64,000 nt of DNA from Balanoglossus misakiensis. Taxonomy: Eukaryota > Animalia > Hemichordata. The translations under genes were made by a program, and so were the position numbers. Shown one piece after another: positions 63,501 to 64,000 of this stretch. Position 1 is the first letter of the stretch. Every line of letters starts with the position of its first letter. The stretch lies in NCBI GenBank assembly GCA_040954595.2, contig CM082578.2, forward strand, positions 4,136,831 to 4,200,830, in the 5' to 3' direction. The notes beneath the pieces are model-generated. The model was not told where the DNA came from. It saw only the letters and a list, made by a program, of their open reading frames with translations, and did no database searches.

Positions 63501-64000
63501 AGTGGTTCTCTTAGATTAACCATATCTGCATAATAGGCTTCTCTTTATTTCTTTTATCTTGTGCATATGTAATTCCATGTTAAAAAGTGACCAGTGGGGT
63601 TCGTTTTGTCGACGATGGATCAGCCCGGGCCCAAAATTTAACCCAACTTCTGGATGACATTCGACCAACATTCGCATATGTCATCAGTATATACAGTATA
63701 TGTGTTCCTTGTGTTTTCTGGAACACGTCACTCTATGGAGCCATTCATTAAATGACAACTTTTCAAATATTTTTTTAATTACGCTCCTGCCTTATTCAAA
63801 GTTTTCATAATTATGCTAAGGGGATTTTTTAAGTCAGAAAATTAAGATACTTGAACACCCTTGCTCGGGAATGTAAAATCTGCAATACAGTGGTAAAAAC
63901 TGACTAATATTGGATTCCCCACATCAATTCGCGGGCACAGAACCATTGGGCCAAACCGCATCCCGTAGATAGACTCAATTACTCTTACTAAAATAACAAG

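Overview
Eukaryotic, AT-rich, intron-containing genomic DNA. Repeat and gene content suggest a marine invertebrate, possibly a non-vertebrate deuterostome (inference only). Four spliced genes or gene remnants lie on the minus strand: (1) a DNMT3-type PWWP-domain gene (~636-10581) that appears to terminate soon after the PWWP domain; (2) a 12-exon gene for a secreted Sushi/CCP-HYR-mucin protein (22828-28171, ~848 aa); (3) a divergent DYRK/HIPK-like CMGC kinase (32290-41265) with an atypical activation loop, SxIP-like motifs and an RFX X-box-like site upstream; (4) three phase-compatible exons of an unknown protein (51029-53135). The rest is a mosaic of transposons. It includes a young Mag-like Gypsy LTR element nested in a Harbinger-type MITE and itself interrupted by a hAT-like MITE, many TTAA-flanked Kolobok-type MITEs, Helentron-type elements with an internal 239-bp satellite, Academ-like relics and a 5'-truncated L1/Tx1 copy. 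Two observations stand out: a 17+17-bp palindrome matching a P-element excision footprint, and the ~400-bp putative 5'-exon/intron cassette containing it, which is duplicated upstream of two unrelated genes. Exon models and TE superfamily calls were made by eye, without database searches.
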